Assembly: GCF_018977255.1 (NCBI RefSeq)
Contig: NW_024704742.1
Span: 97,280,001-97,344,000, forward strand
Direction of reading: 5' to 3'
DNA: 64,000 nucleotides
Source: Callorhinchus milii
Lineage: Eukaryota
Shown: one piece after another, positions 24,469-35,930 of the stretch
How positions within the stretch are numbered: position 1 is the stretch's first letter
Layout of the letters: every line of letters begins with the position of its first letter
Notes under the pieces: model-generated
What the model was told of the DNA's origin: nothing
Databases searched by the model: none
The model's input: only the letters and a program-made list of their open reading frames with translations
Position numbers and translations under genes: made by a program

Positions 24469-26680
24469 TAGCTAAACTTGAATGTGCTTGCAGATTATTA
24501 ACACGGATTATATTGGATTGATCTAATATGAACATCAAACCAGAGGAAGGATTGACGTTAATTCCTTGATGACCCTTCTGATTTAGCAGAGGAATGTCTT
24601 GTAATCCCTTCTACAGTGATTCAATCCGCGGTGCTGTTTCAATCCATATTAATTCATTCATTCACAGCCGTCGCATTGCAGCACCTGAGCCGTTTCACTG
24701 TTTTATTCCAACTTTTGAGACTGTTAGTTTTCACATTTCTCGAGAGATCCGCTAAATGTTGCAGATTTATTACCACCATAAAGCGGGATTAGGAATATTT
24801 TTTGTTCCTGGCATTGATTTGGGACATTTTGCCGAAAATCTATCCTTTTCCCAGACACTAGGAGGTGTCCTCTCAAAACAGTGGATAATTCGCCTCCACA
24901 TTACACAGTCACTGCACATTATAATAAATCCTACGAGGCGCTTGGAGACGTCCTCCCGATGAAAAGATACATGCATTATTATCCATTACTGTAACACTGA
25001 GATCACTAAATGCATTTCATTTCAAATAGCTCCCGTGGTTGCATAAACCGAATCTTCTTATACAGTAAACCACATCGGTGCACTGGACATAAGAATTGCA
25101 TTTTGCCCCCAGAAAAGTAAAATGAAACATTGGAAGTTGAGAAATGTTTAGAGTGTATCGAGCGCGTATTTCCACTCCACAGATTAGCAAAAAAGAGCAA
25201 AGGCAGATATGTACTTACACTGAACTTTACATTCATTTCTACCTTTCAACACACTCCCCAGGAAGGAATGGTAACTGGTGTGTGTCTCCCCGAATTATGT
25301 AGCTGTGGCTTCGGGATGTTGTAAATCACACAGACAGTGTGGAGCAGCTCCATAACACCGTTTACAAAACCTGCACAACTCAGGTGATACATTGTCATCA
25401 ACGAATTGGATGAAAGTGCCGAATAAGATGATGAGTCGTATTCACACTCTCTATCCTGACGTGTTAAACGCTGCTCTGCCAAAGCAAGTCTGCATATAAT
25501 GCCATACAAAACGGATTTGGGACCCCAAATGAGAGCAAAACTGCTCTCAAGCAGAAAAGCAAAATATATGTTTTGATTGGGGTTGGTGTCTGTCATATAC
25601 AGTATGAGCCCCGCGCTCCCGTCTGTACCATATTTCACAACGAAATCCTCGCGGGGAGGGGGTGAGGGGGGGTGGGGGAGAGATGTTGCTTTCATGATGT
25701 GCTGTAGTTGAATTAAAACTAAAAATGGAAGATTGAAAATGCAAAGTAGGTCAATCAGCAAAGCAAACGAGGAGGAGAGTTAACGACTGGCGGTACATCC
25801 AGACGAGTACTGTGCTATAAACTGGGAACAGTTTAGTGGGAACACGTCCCATTGCTCTCTTCAGAGTGTTTGATGTCTGATTGCAGCAGTTCATTGAGAC
25901 TCGTTAGTGCAGAGGGTTCTCTTCTCCCCTTTCCCCGTGTGACTGGTTTTCAGACAACTTATAATTGGTGCAGGTACACAAGAATACGGTCTGCAGTGTT
26001 TTCGCTCTGCTCTTTCGCGGGAAACTGGGTAATTGATAGCGCAAAAGAAAGGAGAAGGCAGTTTATTAATAACTTGACAGTTTGAGGGTAACAGTATTTA
26101 CAGACACTGACGCCAACCGGTCCTGTTTTCAGGAGCTTCGCGATGATCTGCGGAGTGTTGGTTACACAGCACTTGTGCACAGGAAGGACTGACGGGCAAC
26201 CGTGAAATGGCTTTAGATAGCTAACACAGATTAATACCACAATTGACACACTTTGATCGAATCACCATTAATAAGCATTTAGTCACTCTGCGTTTAATGG
26301 GTAACACTATGAGGACATTAAGGAGCATTGCGGTAGAATTTGCGGCTGTTCCCTGTGTTAATTGAGACAAGGGACGCCTTAAGAAACACCGCAAACGCAG
26401 ACCAAAATTCGAGCCCTGCCTTTCTTTTTTAATGCATTATACCAAAAAAAAGGATACGTGTGCACAGAGGGTCTGTTGCTAATTATGCATAATGTTGACC
26501 AATCCACGTCAATGTGAAATATATCAAGTTGCGCTGCAAAATCGAGATTATTATTAAAATAATTAATTTGCTGTCGTATTCTTTTTTAAAAACATCGGAT
26601 TGTAACCACATTTCGACTGTGTGTTCCCTGAATTTATGGCTAAGAAGTTGCACATTTTATTCATTGACGTCTCCCCCCAC

Positions 26681-26683
<3 letters not shown>

Positions 26684-26707
<24 letters not shown>
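26684..26707. repeat. (AC)n microsatellite
   Basis: Directly visible. Confidence 0.9.
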
Positions 26708-26711
<4 letters not shown>

Positions 26712-26889
26712 GATGAAACGGGTGGCTCGATGCAACAGGTTCATACAATCCAGGTCTATTTGCTAGGACCAAAGGCCATTAGGACCATTCAACTCGTCCT
26801 GCAGCCATCGATAGCAGCAACTTTACATCAAATCTGAAAACCAATGTTAATGGAAAACGTTTTGATTTGGAGGGAAACGACCGCTTTGC

Positions 26890-26892
<3 letters not shown>

Positions 26893-26922
<30 letters not shown>
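26893..26922. repeat. (TC)n microsatellite
   Basis: Directly visible. Confidence 0.9.
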
Positions 26923-26925
<3 letters not shown>

Positions 26926-29653
26926 CAATCTCTACACCGCTCCATTGATTCATCCACTGCGATCCATCATTCCCAAAACGAGTCGTTCCCCGAGTTCTAA
27001 ACAAGAGTGAAAAAAATTCAAATAAAAGAAAAATTAATGTAATTTTTGCACAAACAATGGCAGCTGTCGTGCAAAGCCCGAGGATGGCGAGCAAGGCGCT
27101 GGTGAGTGAGCAGACTTGTTAAACCAGTCCACAGAACAATTCCCAACATGTTGGATGTACTCCGCCACCGTCGCACTTGCAAAACAAAAAAGATCGCCAC
27201 GTCTTAACTTGTTAAAAACTCAATCCGTCTCTCGTTTAATTATCTGCTCTATATATTTGGTTCAAGAAATTGTCGCTGAATGCATTCCACTCGCAACATT
27301 TAACACATGTATGAGGATGGAATGCAACGATTCTCACATCTCTTTTGTCTTCCGTTTGTTGAATTCAAAGTCCCAAAAGCTTTATTTCTCACACACTTGC
27401 TGAGCTGGTGGGAGGTGGATACTGTAGGAATCAGATTGCAGGTAAATAGCAGCTTATCGCTTCTGTTGGTGTTTGTTAGATGTCTAAAATAGCGTGAAAA
27501 ACACAAATCCTAAAGCATGAAGCCCCCTCGATCAATACCCACACAAATAATATTCCTGGAAAGAGCGCTCCTCTATTCTTGGACATTTTATTGACCTATA
27601 TTTTAACTTTACCTGATTTAGCAGCTTGTTCACTACCGCACACAGTATTTAAATATTTATCAAAAAATCAGAAAGTAAACACAGATGGAACTGGAAATAT
27701 TTAATAACCTTTTGTCTCCGATAAAAGCTCCTGTTTACAGTATACATACAATGTTCTGAACAATTATTCACAGATGAAATATTCAATACCAATATATATA
27801 CAAAACAAACCAAAGTTGGAACCACTTTGCACGACGAATTTACTATACATCTATATTCACAGTTCAGTAATTCCAGGGGGAGGGGGGGGGGGGGGGGTTG
27901 CTTGTAAAGTGCTATTATATGGTTTCCTCTGATTTTCGACAATTTAGTTGCACATGTATAACAACATCACCATAAAAGAAAACGGCGTGTCAACAAGAAA
28001 TGTAAAAATAACCCGGAGAAAGACCAAAGATGATGTGAAAAAGCATTTTTCCCTTAATTCCTTCGCTAAACGAAACGGAAAATCGCGTCTCTTTTGAGTA
28101 ATACTGTCCCAATATTGTTTAACATGCCGGGATGTACTTCAGTTATGTTTTTAACTCGAGTGTCTCCATTCCTTCCACCAAACGTGGGTGAGCAGAGGAC
28201 TGCTGGGTTACGCCACTGGAGTCCTGTCCACTTTAAACGGTTCAACTTAATGTCCGAGTACTCTCTCTGGCGGTGTTAAAGGTACCGTTTAAAAGGTGGT
28301 GTGGAGGAAAATTGATGTTGCAGTTCAAACCTATCAGAATCGGGGACATAATTTACCTTTCATGCTTTCCCTCGTTTAAGATGATGTTGCTATTGTATAT
28401 ATAGTAATTAACGTTGGGCGGTAATTAGGTCGAACAACATGTACAGATATCAATCCCACCGACTTCTGCATCATGATTCAATCTGTAAAATATTCTCAAA
28501 TATTTTCAAACACAGGAAGGTGCATTAAAGCACGATGTAAAGCTTTGCATCGTGAATAGACCGAGGTGATTATGTTCAAATACGTATTTTTCATTTAATG
28601 CACGGTGGATAATTATGTATTTCCTGTAATTATATAAGAAATAATAAATGCATCCGCGATTTAAATCATAGTACTTGTAAATTAACACCCGGGAGATTTG
28701 TTTTGTGTGTGTGTGTGTTTTGTGTGTGGTGTGTGAAGTTGCAAAATATTGTATTTTTATTTCTGTATATCGTTAGATTGTGGAGAGAATGCGATAACAA
28801 ATCTCCACGATGCACAGGCGATTTCTGAACTGGGGATACTGAGTTTCAATCTGCATTAGATGCATTAAAACTTGTCAATTTCACAAATGAGAAGCAGCGA
28901 TTTTTCCATTTACCCTCTACCTATTTCCGTACAGCCCGATTTCAAACAATTTATTATTCGGCAGCTTCACAATCACCAATTCAAAGGCAACGCTGTAATC
29001 CTGGCATTCCTGTTAATGTCCTGAAAGCTGCAAAATATTCAGAAATCATATTGGTGTGAATCAGAAGTGATTATTGTGGGTTTTTTTGCTCGCGTCCGTT
29101 CGGGATTATGGGATGTTCAAAGAGTGGAGCACAAATAACTTTTAAAAGTTGCTTGAGGTTTACTTCAGTACAAGGATGTACGTGTGCTGTCGGTTCTTGC
29201 CATCTGGTAAATGATGTAAATTATAAAACTGTATAAAACATTATAAAGCTGTCAGATAAAGAGAACCACGTGAAACTTCAAATAAACACATTTCTAACAA
29301 TTCTGACGTTTAGGGGCCAATTTGTGCTCCACATTCCTACGCTATTGAAAGCAAGTATCTACAGTTTTCTTTAAATAATATGTCCCATTAATGGAAAGTT
29401 GCAAAGTTTGGGGGCATTTACACAAAGCAAAAACCTCTTACCTGAACCATTTCTAATAGGAAGGCTCTCGGATCTCACTTTAAACCGCCCGACCCTATGT
29501 GCCTTTGCACTGACATTGCTGAGTCTCTGATTTTTAAAATAAAACCTTTTCACATCATCTTTAAATTAGCCGCTTCTAAAAAAAAAAAAAATTTTTTTTT
29601 GAAAGAGAGAGAGAGAGAGAGAAACGTGGTCTCTGTTTCAACATCGTCCGTTC

Positions 29654-30646
29654 TCAAGAATGGACGAGCACAGAGTGTAAGGAGTTAGTTTTTCCCTCTG
29701 TGGAGACTGAGCGAGTCTGGTCCAGTTGTAGAGAGGAGGCTGATGGTGAGCAGATCTGTATCGGGTTGCCTGGCAGGGCTCCTGGACCTGACATGCTGGA
29801 GATCGATCCCAAAGAAACGGTGGGTTTGATGGGCACGGGGACGGCTGGCATAGTCTGGCTGCCCGGGTGACAGATGGACTTCATGGGCACCCCAAACGGG
29901 CCGTAATCAGGGCTGACCGGCATTGGGGCCATGGAGTCAATGACACCAACGTGGGGCCACATGGATCCCACCATGTTGCTGATCTGGCTGGGCACCGGGT
30001 ATCCAAGGTGATGCATCACCGAGGCGAGAGGGAGCCCACTGGCCATCATACTCTTGTAGTCCCTTCCGATGATGTTCTCGATGGCGAAGGGGTGTTTAAA
30101 TCCAGTTGTCTGGGGCCCGTTGACCCCATAGGGTTGGAACTGGGGCAAGCGCCCCATCCCCGGGGCTGTCTCGGAGGAGGCCAGCCCCAGTTTGGTTTGC
30201 TGCTGCTGCTGCTGCTGGTGCTGCTGCTGGTGCTGCTGGTGCTGCTGGTGGTGGTGATGCTGGAAATAGTGGATCATTTGGGAGTTCTTGGCGGACAGGT
30301 GCTCGGATCGGTGCACCTTGAACCTCTTTCTGCGGCGCAGGAAACTCCCGTTCTCGAACATGTCCCCACAGTCCGGATGCAGAGCCCAGAAGCTGCCCTT
30401 GCCTGGCTGGTCAGGTCTGCGGGGGATCTTGATGAAGCAGTCGTTGAAGGAGAGGTTGTGGCGGAGGGAGTTCTGCCAGCGCTGGGTGTTTTCTCTGTAA
30501 TAAGGAAACCTGTCCATGATAAATTTGTAAATCTCACTCAGAGGCAGCATCTTCTCGGAGGAGCTCTGGATGGCCATCGCTGTCAGCGAGATGTAGGAGT
30601 ATGGAGGCTTTTGGTCACTGTAGGAATTTTTCCCTGGACGAGGCAT
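29654..30646 (-). CDS. foxb2: Forkhead box protein B2 (330 aa, uninterrupted ORF)
   Basis: N-terminal forkhead domain ([14 protein letters not shown]...[15 protein letters not shown]...KGSFWALHP...[14 protein letters not shown]) with the FoxB start MPRPG. FOXB2-type rather than FOXB1-type residues: [43 protein letters not shown]-terminal LHSVLVHS. Confidence 0.96.
   Translation of the reverse strand: MPRPGKNSYSDQKPPYSYISLTAMAIQSSSEKMLPLSEIYKFIMDRFPYYRENTQRWQNSLRHNLSFNDCFIKIPRRPDQPGKGSFWALHPDCGDMFENGSFLRRRKRFKVHRSEHLSAKNSQMIHYFQHHHHQQHQQHQQQHQQQQQQQTKLGLASSETAPGMGRLPQFQPYGVNGPQTTGFKHPFAIENIIGRDYKSMMASGLPLASVMHHLGYPVPSQISNMVGSMWPHVGVIDSMAPMPVSPDYGPFGVPMKSICHPGSQTMPAVPVPIKPTVSLGSISSMSGPGALPGNPIQICSPSASSLQLDQTRSVSTEGKTNSLHSVLVHS
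30197..30262 (-). repeat. Coding CAG/CAC repeat encoding a poly-Q/H tract (aa 129-150)
   Basis: Plus strand shows (TGC)n/(TGG)n, translating on the minus strand to [22 protein letters not shown]. Confidence 0.95.
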
Positions 30647-31030
30647 CTTTCAGGTTAGGGAAAACAGATCACGAGGAAGTCGCGCAATTCTGCCAAGTTC
30701 CCAGTCCAGAAAGCACCTCCGACCTGGTGTGTGGGGATGAGGATCCAGTTCAGTTCCCTGAAGCAAAGTGCCATAAAACGTCTTGAACGCTGCTCCAAGC
30801 TGTGCTGCTCGAGGTTGGCGGAGTTTCGGATGCGTTTTGTGTCCCAATATATATGTCGAGGGAAAAAAAAAAAAATGATCTCCTTGTGCTGTCTCACCGG
30901 GAGATAAAGAGCCCGAGAAGTGTGTTGTGTGAGCTAACGAGGCTTGTTGTGATCACAGATGCACAGACCCCTGCAGCTCCCTTCAGCGCTTTGTTGCTTT
31001 TCATTATCACATGACAATCGCTCAGGGACA

Positions 31031-31580
31031 AGGAAGGAAGAGAGAGAGAGAGAGAGAGTGAGTGAGTGTGAGAGAGGCAGAGAGAGAGAGAGAGGGGGAG
31101 AGAGGGAGAGAGTGTGAGAGTGAAAGAGGCAGAGAGAGAGTGTGAGAGAGGCAGAGAGAGAGAGAGTGTGAGAGTGAGAAAGGCAGAGAGAGAGAGTGTG
31201 AGAGAGGCAGAGAGAGAGAGAGTGAGAGAGGCAGAGAGAGAGAGAAGAGAGTGTGAGAGAGGCAGAGAGAGAGAGAGTGTGAGAGTGAGAGAGGCAGAGA
31301 GAGAGTGTGAGAGAGGCAGAGAGAGAGAGAGAGTGTGGAGAGTGAGAAAGGCAGAGAGAGAGAGTGTGAGAGAGGCAGAGAGAGAGAGTGTGAGAGAGGC
31401 AGAGAGAGAGAGTGAGAGAGGCAGAGAGAGAGAGAAGAGTGTGAGTGAGGCAGAGAGAGAGAGAAGAGAGAGTGTGAGAGAGGCAGAGAGAGAGAGAGTG
31501 TGAGAGAGGCAGAGGGAGAAAGAAAGAGAGAGTGTGTGAGAGAGGCAGAGAGATATATAGAGAGAGAGAGAAACACACAC
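31031..31580. repeat. Compound GA-rich microsatellite/minisatellite (units such as GAGAGAGAGTGTGAGAGAGGCA)
   Basis: ~550 bp nearly pure purine strand with recurring GGCA and GTGT interruptions. Confidence 0.97.
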
Positions 31581-33337
31581 TAATCTGGATTCATTTACAC
31601 CTATTTAGGAAAGCTGCTTCGGCCCATATAGGACATCCTCGTGTTTGAAGGCGGTGTGTGGGGGGTCGGGTGGGATTGTGAGGCTGTGAGAGAAAAGGCT
31701 CAGACAAGACAGAGAGTTGACATGTGAAGGTATGCGGCAAACTCCACACCACTCACACCAAAGTTGACTGCTCCCCCCCCAGCTCGAAACGCCCAGACAG
31801 TTTCAGATTGGAGAAATAATTAAATATACGTTTTTATGCACTCTCATAAAAAAAAACGACACTTCGCATTATTTCACCAGTGCTGATATAAACTGTGTGT
31901 GTGGGTGCGTGTGTGGGGTGGTGCTGCTCGTTATTTTTCTTAACTGATTTGTTTTCAACTTTTTTTTTTTGGGGGGGCGTACCTGGGAAATATGTGATTC
32001 ATCTGGATTTATTGATTAACTTTATTAATTATTATCGTGGAAAAATGATCGGCTTTGCGTTGGATCGACACTGAGCAACTTTGCTGAAAGTCACACTCAA
32101 AGATCCATAAGATTCCCACGTTGCTCAGCATCCCGCCTTGACCATGTGGAGAGGTCATATTTATTCGGGATGGTTTAGAGTTGTGGCCCTCGGGAACAGA
32201 ATGGATGTGCTTCACCTTGGGTTTTAATGGGCTGTCCTCATTTCATTTTTTAAAAAAAAACCACCCCAAATGAACGCGGAAAATCAAACGTGTGGCTTTC
32301 TGCGACGTCTGCATCTCTGGCTTTTTGCTGACAGGGACCGAGCTCACACTCAGAAGAAAAAAGTGTGGAAAGGATATTCTGGTCCAAGTCCCAATCCCAA
32401 AACAAAGAGAATATGGATAGAGAGGGAGAGGGAGGGGGGGAGGGGGGAGAAGCAAATAGAGAGGGGGAAAAAAATCGGGGACATGTTGCTATAACAATCC
32501 AAGTAAAAAGGAAGTGTATATATGTCGCTGATCAGAGCCACTCTGCAGGAAGATTTCATGTATTTTCAGGCTGAACCTTGAGTAGGCGACACAGCGGCCA
32601 TACAGATCAATAGGGACTGACACCCCGCGCTGTTAGAAACTCTGTCAAGCTGGATGCTGAGCAACGGGGACATGTTTTGATCTTTCAATTTTAACAGGAG
32701 CCTTATTCTTTCACCACCATCTTCAGTGGTCAGGAGCAAAACAATACCATGTCCCCCCCCCCCCCACCTCCTCCTCCCTTTGCATCCTCTGCCGAGCCAT
32801 CCTCACAAGCCTCTCATTCATTGGCCACGACTGTATCCTAGTCCCGGGGTGATGGAAAGAGAGAGAGAGAGAGAGGGGGGGAGACTGGGGGAAAGTTAGA
32901 TTGGGGATGAATGGGAACAGCACGGAAAGTCCAAAGAAAAACACACTGCTTTGGGGGCAGTTTGGTTATTAATGGGACTCATTTGCATCCCAATCACAAC
33001 TTCGTACGTGTGAGAACAAAATATATAAAGCCTGCTAAGCTCCCAAGACTGTAAAAAGGTAATTCATTTCACTTTTATCTATGAAACAATGCTGTTTAAT
33101 AAGCACTAAGCAAATTAAACGCTCCAATCCTGACATATTAAAAAAACAGTTGACTTTTTTTTCCTCTCTCTGAGCTTGCAGTTATCTTTGCATTCGCTGG
33201 GGAGGGGCTGGAAAGGCTGTCAATTGAAATACAGTACTGTATATTGAGAGAAACTCAGTGCTGTGTGAGCATATTTAATTGGCACTCTTTTGCGATTTGA
33301 TTTAAATCTGGGTCAGGACTAAAGACCACAAGGGACA

Positions 33338-33339
<2 letters not shown>

Positions 33340-33368
<29 letters not shown>
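33340..33368. repeat. (GT)n microsatellite
   Basis: Directly visible. Confidence 0.9.
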
Positions 33369-34504
33369 GTGGTGGTGGGGGTGCAAACGAGTTAAGAAAA
33401 AAATGTATTTTGTTTAAGAAAACCGGAGACAAAACTGATCGACAGGATTAACACTCTCTCTCTGTGACTTCCCGACCAGAGTTGGTTGGTCACTGTGGTG
33501 ACATTGAGAAGCACTGACTGACTGACTCCCAACTGCACTGCAGTCCATCTCAGGTCACTGTGTGTGGTGAGGTGCAGTGCCACACAGAGAGGGACATGCC
33601 AACCAGGGCACTCTCTCTCTCTCTCTCTCACACACTCCTTTTCCCTTGAATTGGTAACCCACCCCAACCTGAGATCCTGTCGGATTCCTCCTTTTGCTGA
33701 AATCGGATGCGGAATCACAGCTCTGGGATCCAAGTGGTTTTAACAGGTTCAGATCCGCTACGAAAATGAGATGGTTTGCGTGGCGAGGCTCCCAGGTTTG
33801 CTCTGTGTTTTGCACTTCACTGCTCTACCCGGAGAGGCCGAACTGCCATAGTGTGTGGGGATCACTGTGCATTTGCACCTGAGCTGTGAGATCGCGCACA
33901 GTTTTTTTATTTGGTCATGAAAGGCGGAGATGTGAAAGCACTGAAACCAGCCTCAAGGCTCACTGGCAGTGATAAGCTGTACACCCTCTCACTGTGTGAC
34001 AGGGGGAGCATTGCCCGCTATCAAAAGCTTGTGGGTTTAAGCCTCAAGTTTAAGTCCTGTTTAGGCTGATGGCTCCAGTAAGGGGGAGGGAGGGGTTTGC
34101 ATTGCTGGAGATGTTTTTTTCCAAAATCCCGTCTGCCTATTCCAGGTGGACGTTAATGCTAAGTTTGCTTAATGATAAATATTAATGAGAAATATGCTTG
34201 CTGCATATTTTCACACAAAAACAGTCACTGCACTTGAGCGCCTCAACACGCTTGCCACGTATTCTACATCAGTGATTTCCTGGATTTCTGTTCTTTTTGC
34301 TCTGCTAACTCAGGCCTGTTTGACTTCCCTCACCCTCTACCTCCCAGCTACATTAGATGGACGTTCAGCTACTGTATCCCCATTCTCTGAAACTCTTAAT
34401 AAATCCACTCAGCTGGCACTTTCCTTCTCTGCTTTCTCGAAAACTCTCATCTGTTTGACAGTACCGACCGCCAAACTCCTGATTAGGTTCCAATTCAGTC
34501 CTGT

Positions 34505-34677
34505 GAGAGTTTAAAGTCCACCTGAACAGGCAGATGGGAACTCAGTTTAATGTCTCCTCTGAAGGACAGCATCTTCGACAATATACTGTCACCTTAGACT
34601 ATGTGATTCGGAATCCCCAAATGGGGCTTGAATCCACAACCTTCTGACTCAGAGGTGAGAGTGCACCAGGCTGACAC
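34505..34677 (-). mobile_element. Older DeuSINE 5' fragment
   Basis: CCACCTGAACAGGCAGATGGG...ACAACCTTCTGACTCAGAGGTGAGAGTGC. Confidence 0.7.
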
Positions 34678-35469
34678 ATAAAATGAGACATAAAATGTGT
34701 TCCTTCTTGAAGCATACACAGTAATTACTTGCAAAGCACTTGAAATACAGTATTTTGATGTGGTTAGATGCTATAAAAGTTCTTTTTTAAAACTTTCTTT
34801 TAATATTATACAATTTCACAATTCAGTTCTCAGTGGAATAGCTTATTGAAATAACAACTTGCATTTATATAGTGCCCCACACACATCCCAGAGTGCTTAA
34901 ACAAATATGCTGAATGCTGTTTTACAGGGTACAAAGGTTGATGACATTTTTAATTGCTGGCAAAGAAGAAAAAGGAAGAGATTTAAACAAAAAAGGGAAA
35001 AATATGAACGGTTGTAAGAAAAGAGAATGGAATTAAGATTAGAAAGGTCTAGTAGAGGAGCGAGCAATGGCATTGGCTCAGCCAGCCAAATAGCTTCCTG
35101 CTGGGCTCCAATTTCTATGAGTCTAAATAAATTCTAAAGACTGTCCTATTAGTTGTTTTCTAACATTAGAAAGTAAAATGGTTTCACCTCGCTACACGAG
35201 AAGTTTTCTGAATTTAAATTAAAGTTTAAAAAGTTTGCCTTTGTTCGATTTATACTCCAGCCAAAGAGGAATGGAATCCTGAGTTTGGTTCACAGCTGAA
35301 TCTTGAACTCATGGAGTCATTATTTCGGTTGTGCAGCCTCCAATATGTGTTAGATTTTAGAGGTTTTATTACAGTAAGAAAGTACCTGCACTTTTAGAAC
35401 ACCTTAACACTTCAAAATATTTCAAAGCACTTCTCAATGTATCAATATCCAGAGTACGTTAGAATACAT

Positions 35470-35930
35470 TAGAATATAAAGCACAGAAACAGGCTATTCG
35501 GCCCAACTGGTCTATGCTGGTGTTTATGCTCCACATGAGCCTCCTCCTGCCCTTCCTCAACTAAGCCTTCAAGCATAACCTTCTATTCCTTTCTCCCTCA
35601 TGTACCTATCTATCTTTCCCTTAAATACACCTATGCTATTTGCCTCAAAAACTCCTTGTGGTAGCATGTTCCACATTCCCACTACTCTCTGTATAAAGAC
35701 ATTTCTTCTAACTTCCCTACTTGACCAATTTGTGATTACTTTATATTGATGGCCCCTGGTTTTGGTCTCCCATACAAGTGGAAACATCTTCCCTACATCT
35801 ACCCTATCAAAACCTTTCGTCATTTTAAAGACCTCTATCAGGTCACCCCTTACCCTCCTCTTTTCAAGAGAAAAGAGTCCAAGCATGTTCACCCTTTCCT
35901 GATAGGTTTAACCCCTCAGTTCTGGGATCA
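35470..35930 (-). mobile_element. CR1-clade LINE 3' end (ORF2 C-terminus plus 3' UTR)
   Basis: LGLFSLEKRRVRGDLIEVFK...TRGHQYK...FIQRVVGMWNMLP...FKGKIDRYM, then ACCAGTTGGGCCGAATAGCCTGTTTCTGTGCT on the minus strand. Confidence 0.92.

Larger units (their letters stand above)
23400..33950. promoter_or_regulatory. CpG-retaining regulatory domain around foxb2
   Basis: CpG dinucleotides are visibly more frequent than in the flanks, and only one short SINE/LINE tail (~24935-24985) was seen inside. Confidence 0.65.

Noticed and set aside
25246..25761. 171-aa minus-strand ORF
   Set aside because: Non-ATG start, no recognisable domain, and composition typical of noncoding DNA.
29867..30658. 263-aa ORF antisense to foxb2
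   Set aside because: It is the in-register shadow of a GC3-rich CDS (its poly-L mirrors the poly-Q), with no independent protein features.
30894..31580. Long S/L-rich and E/R-rich ORFs
   Set aside because: They are translations of the GA/CT microsatellite.
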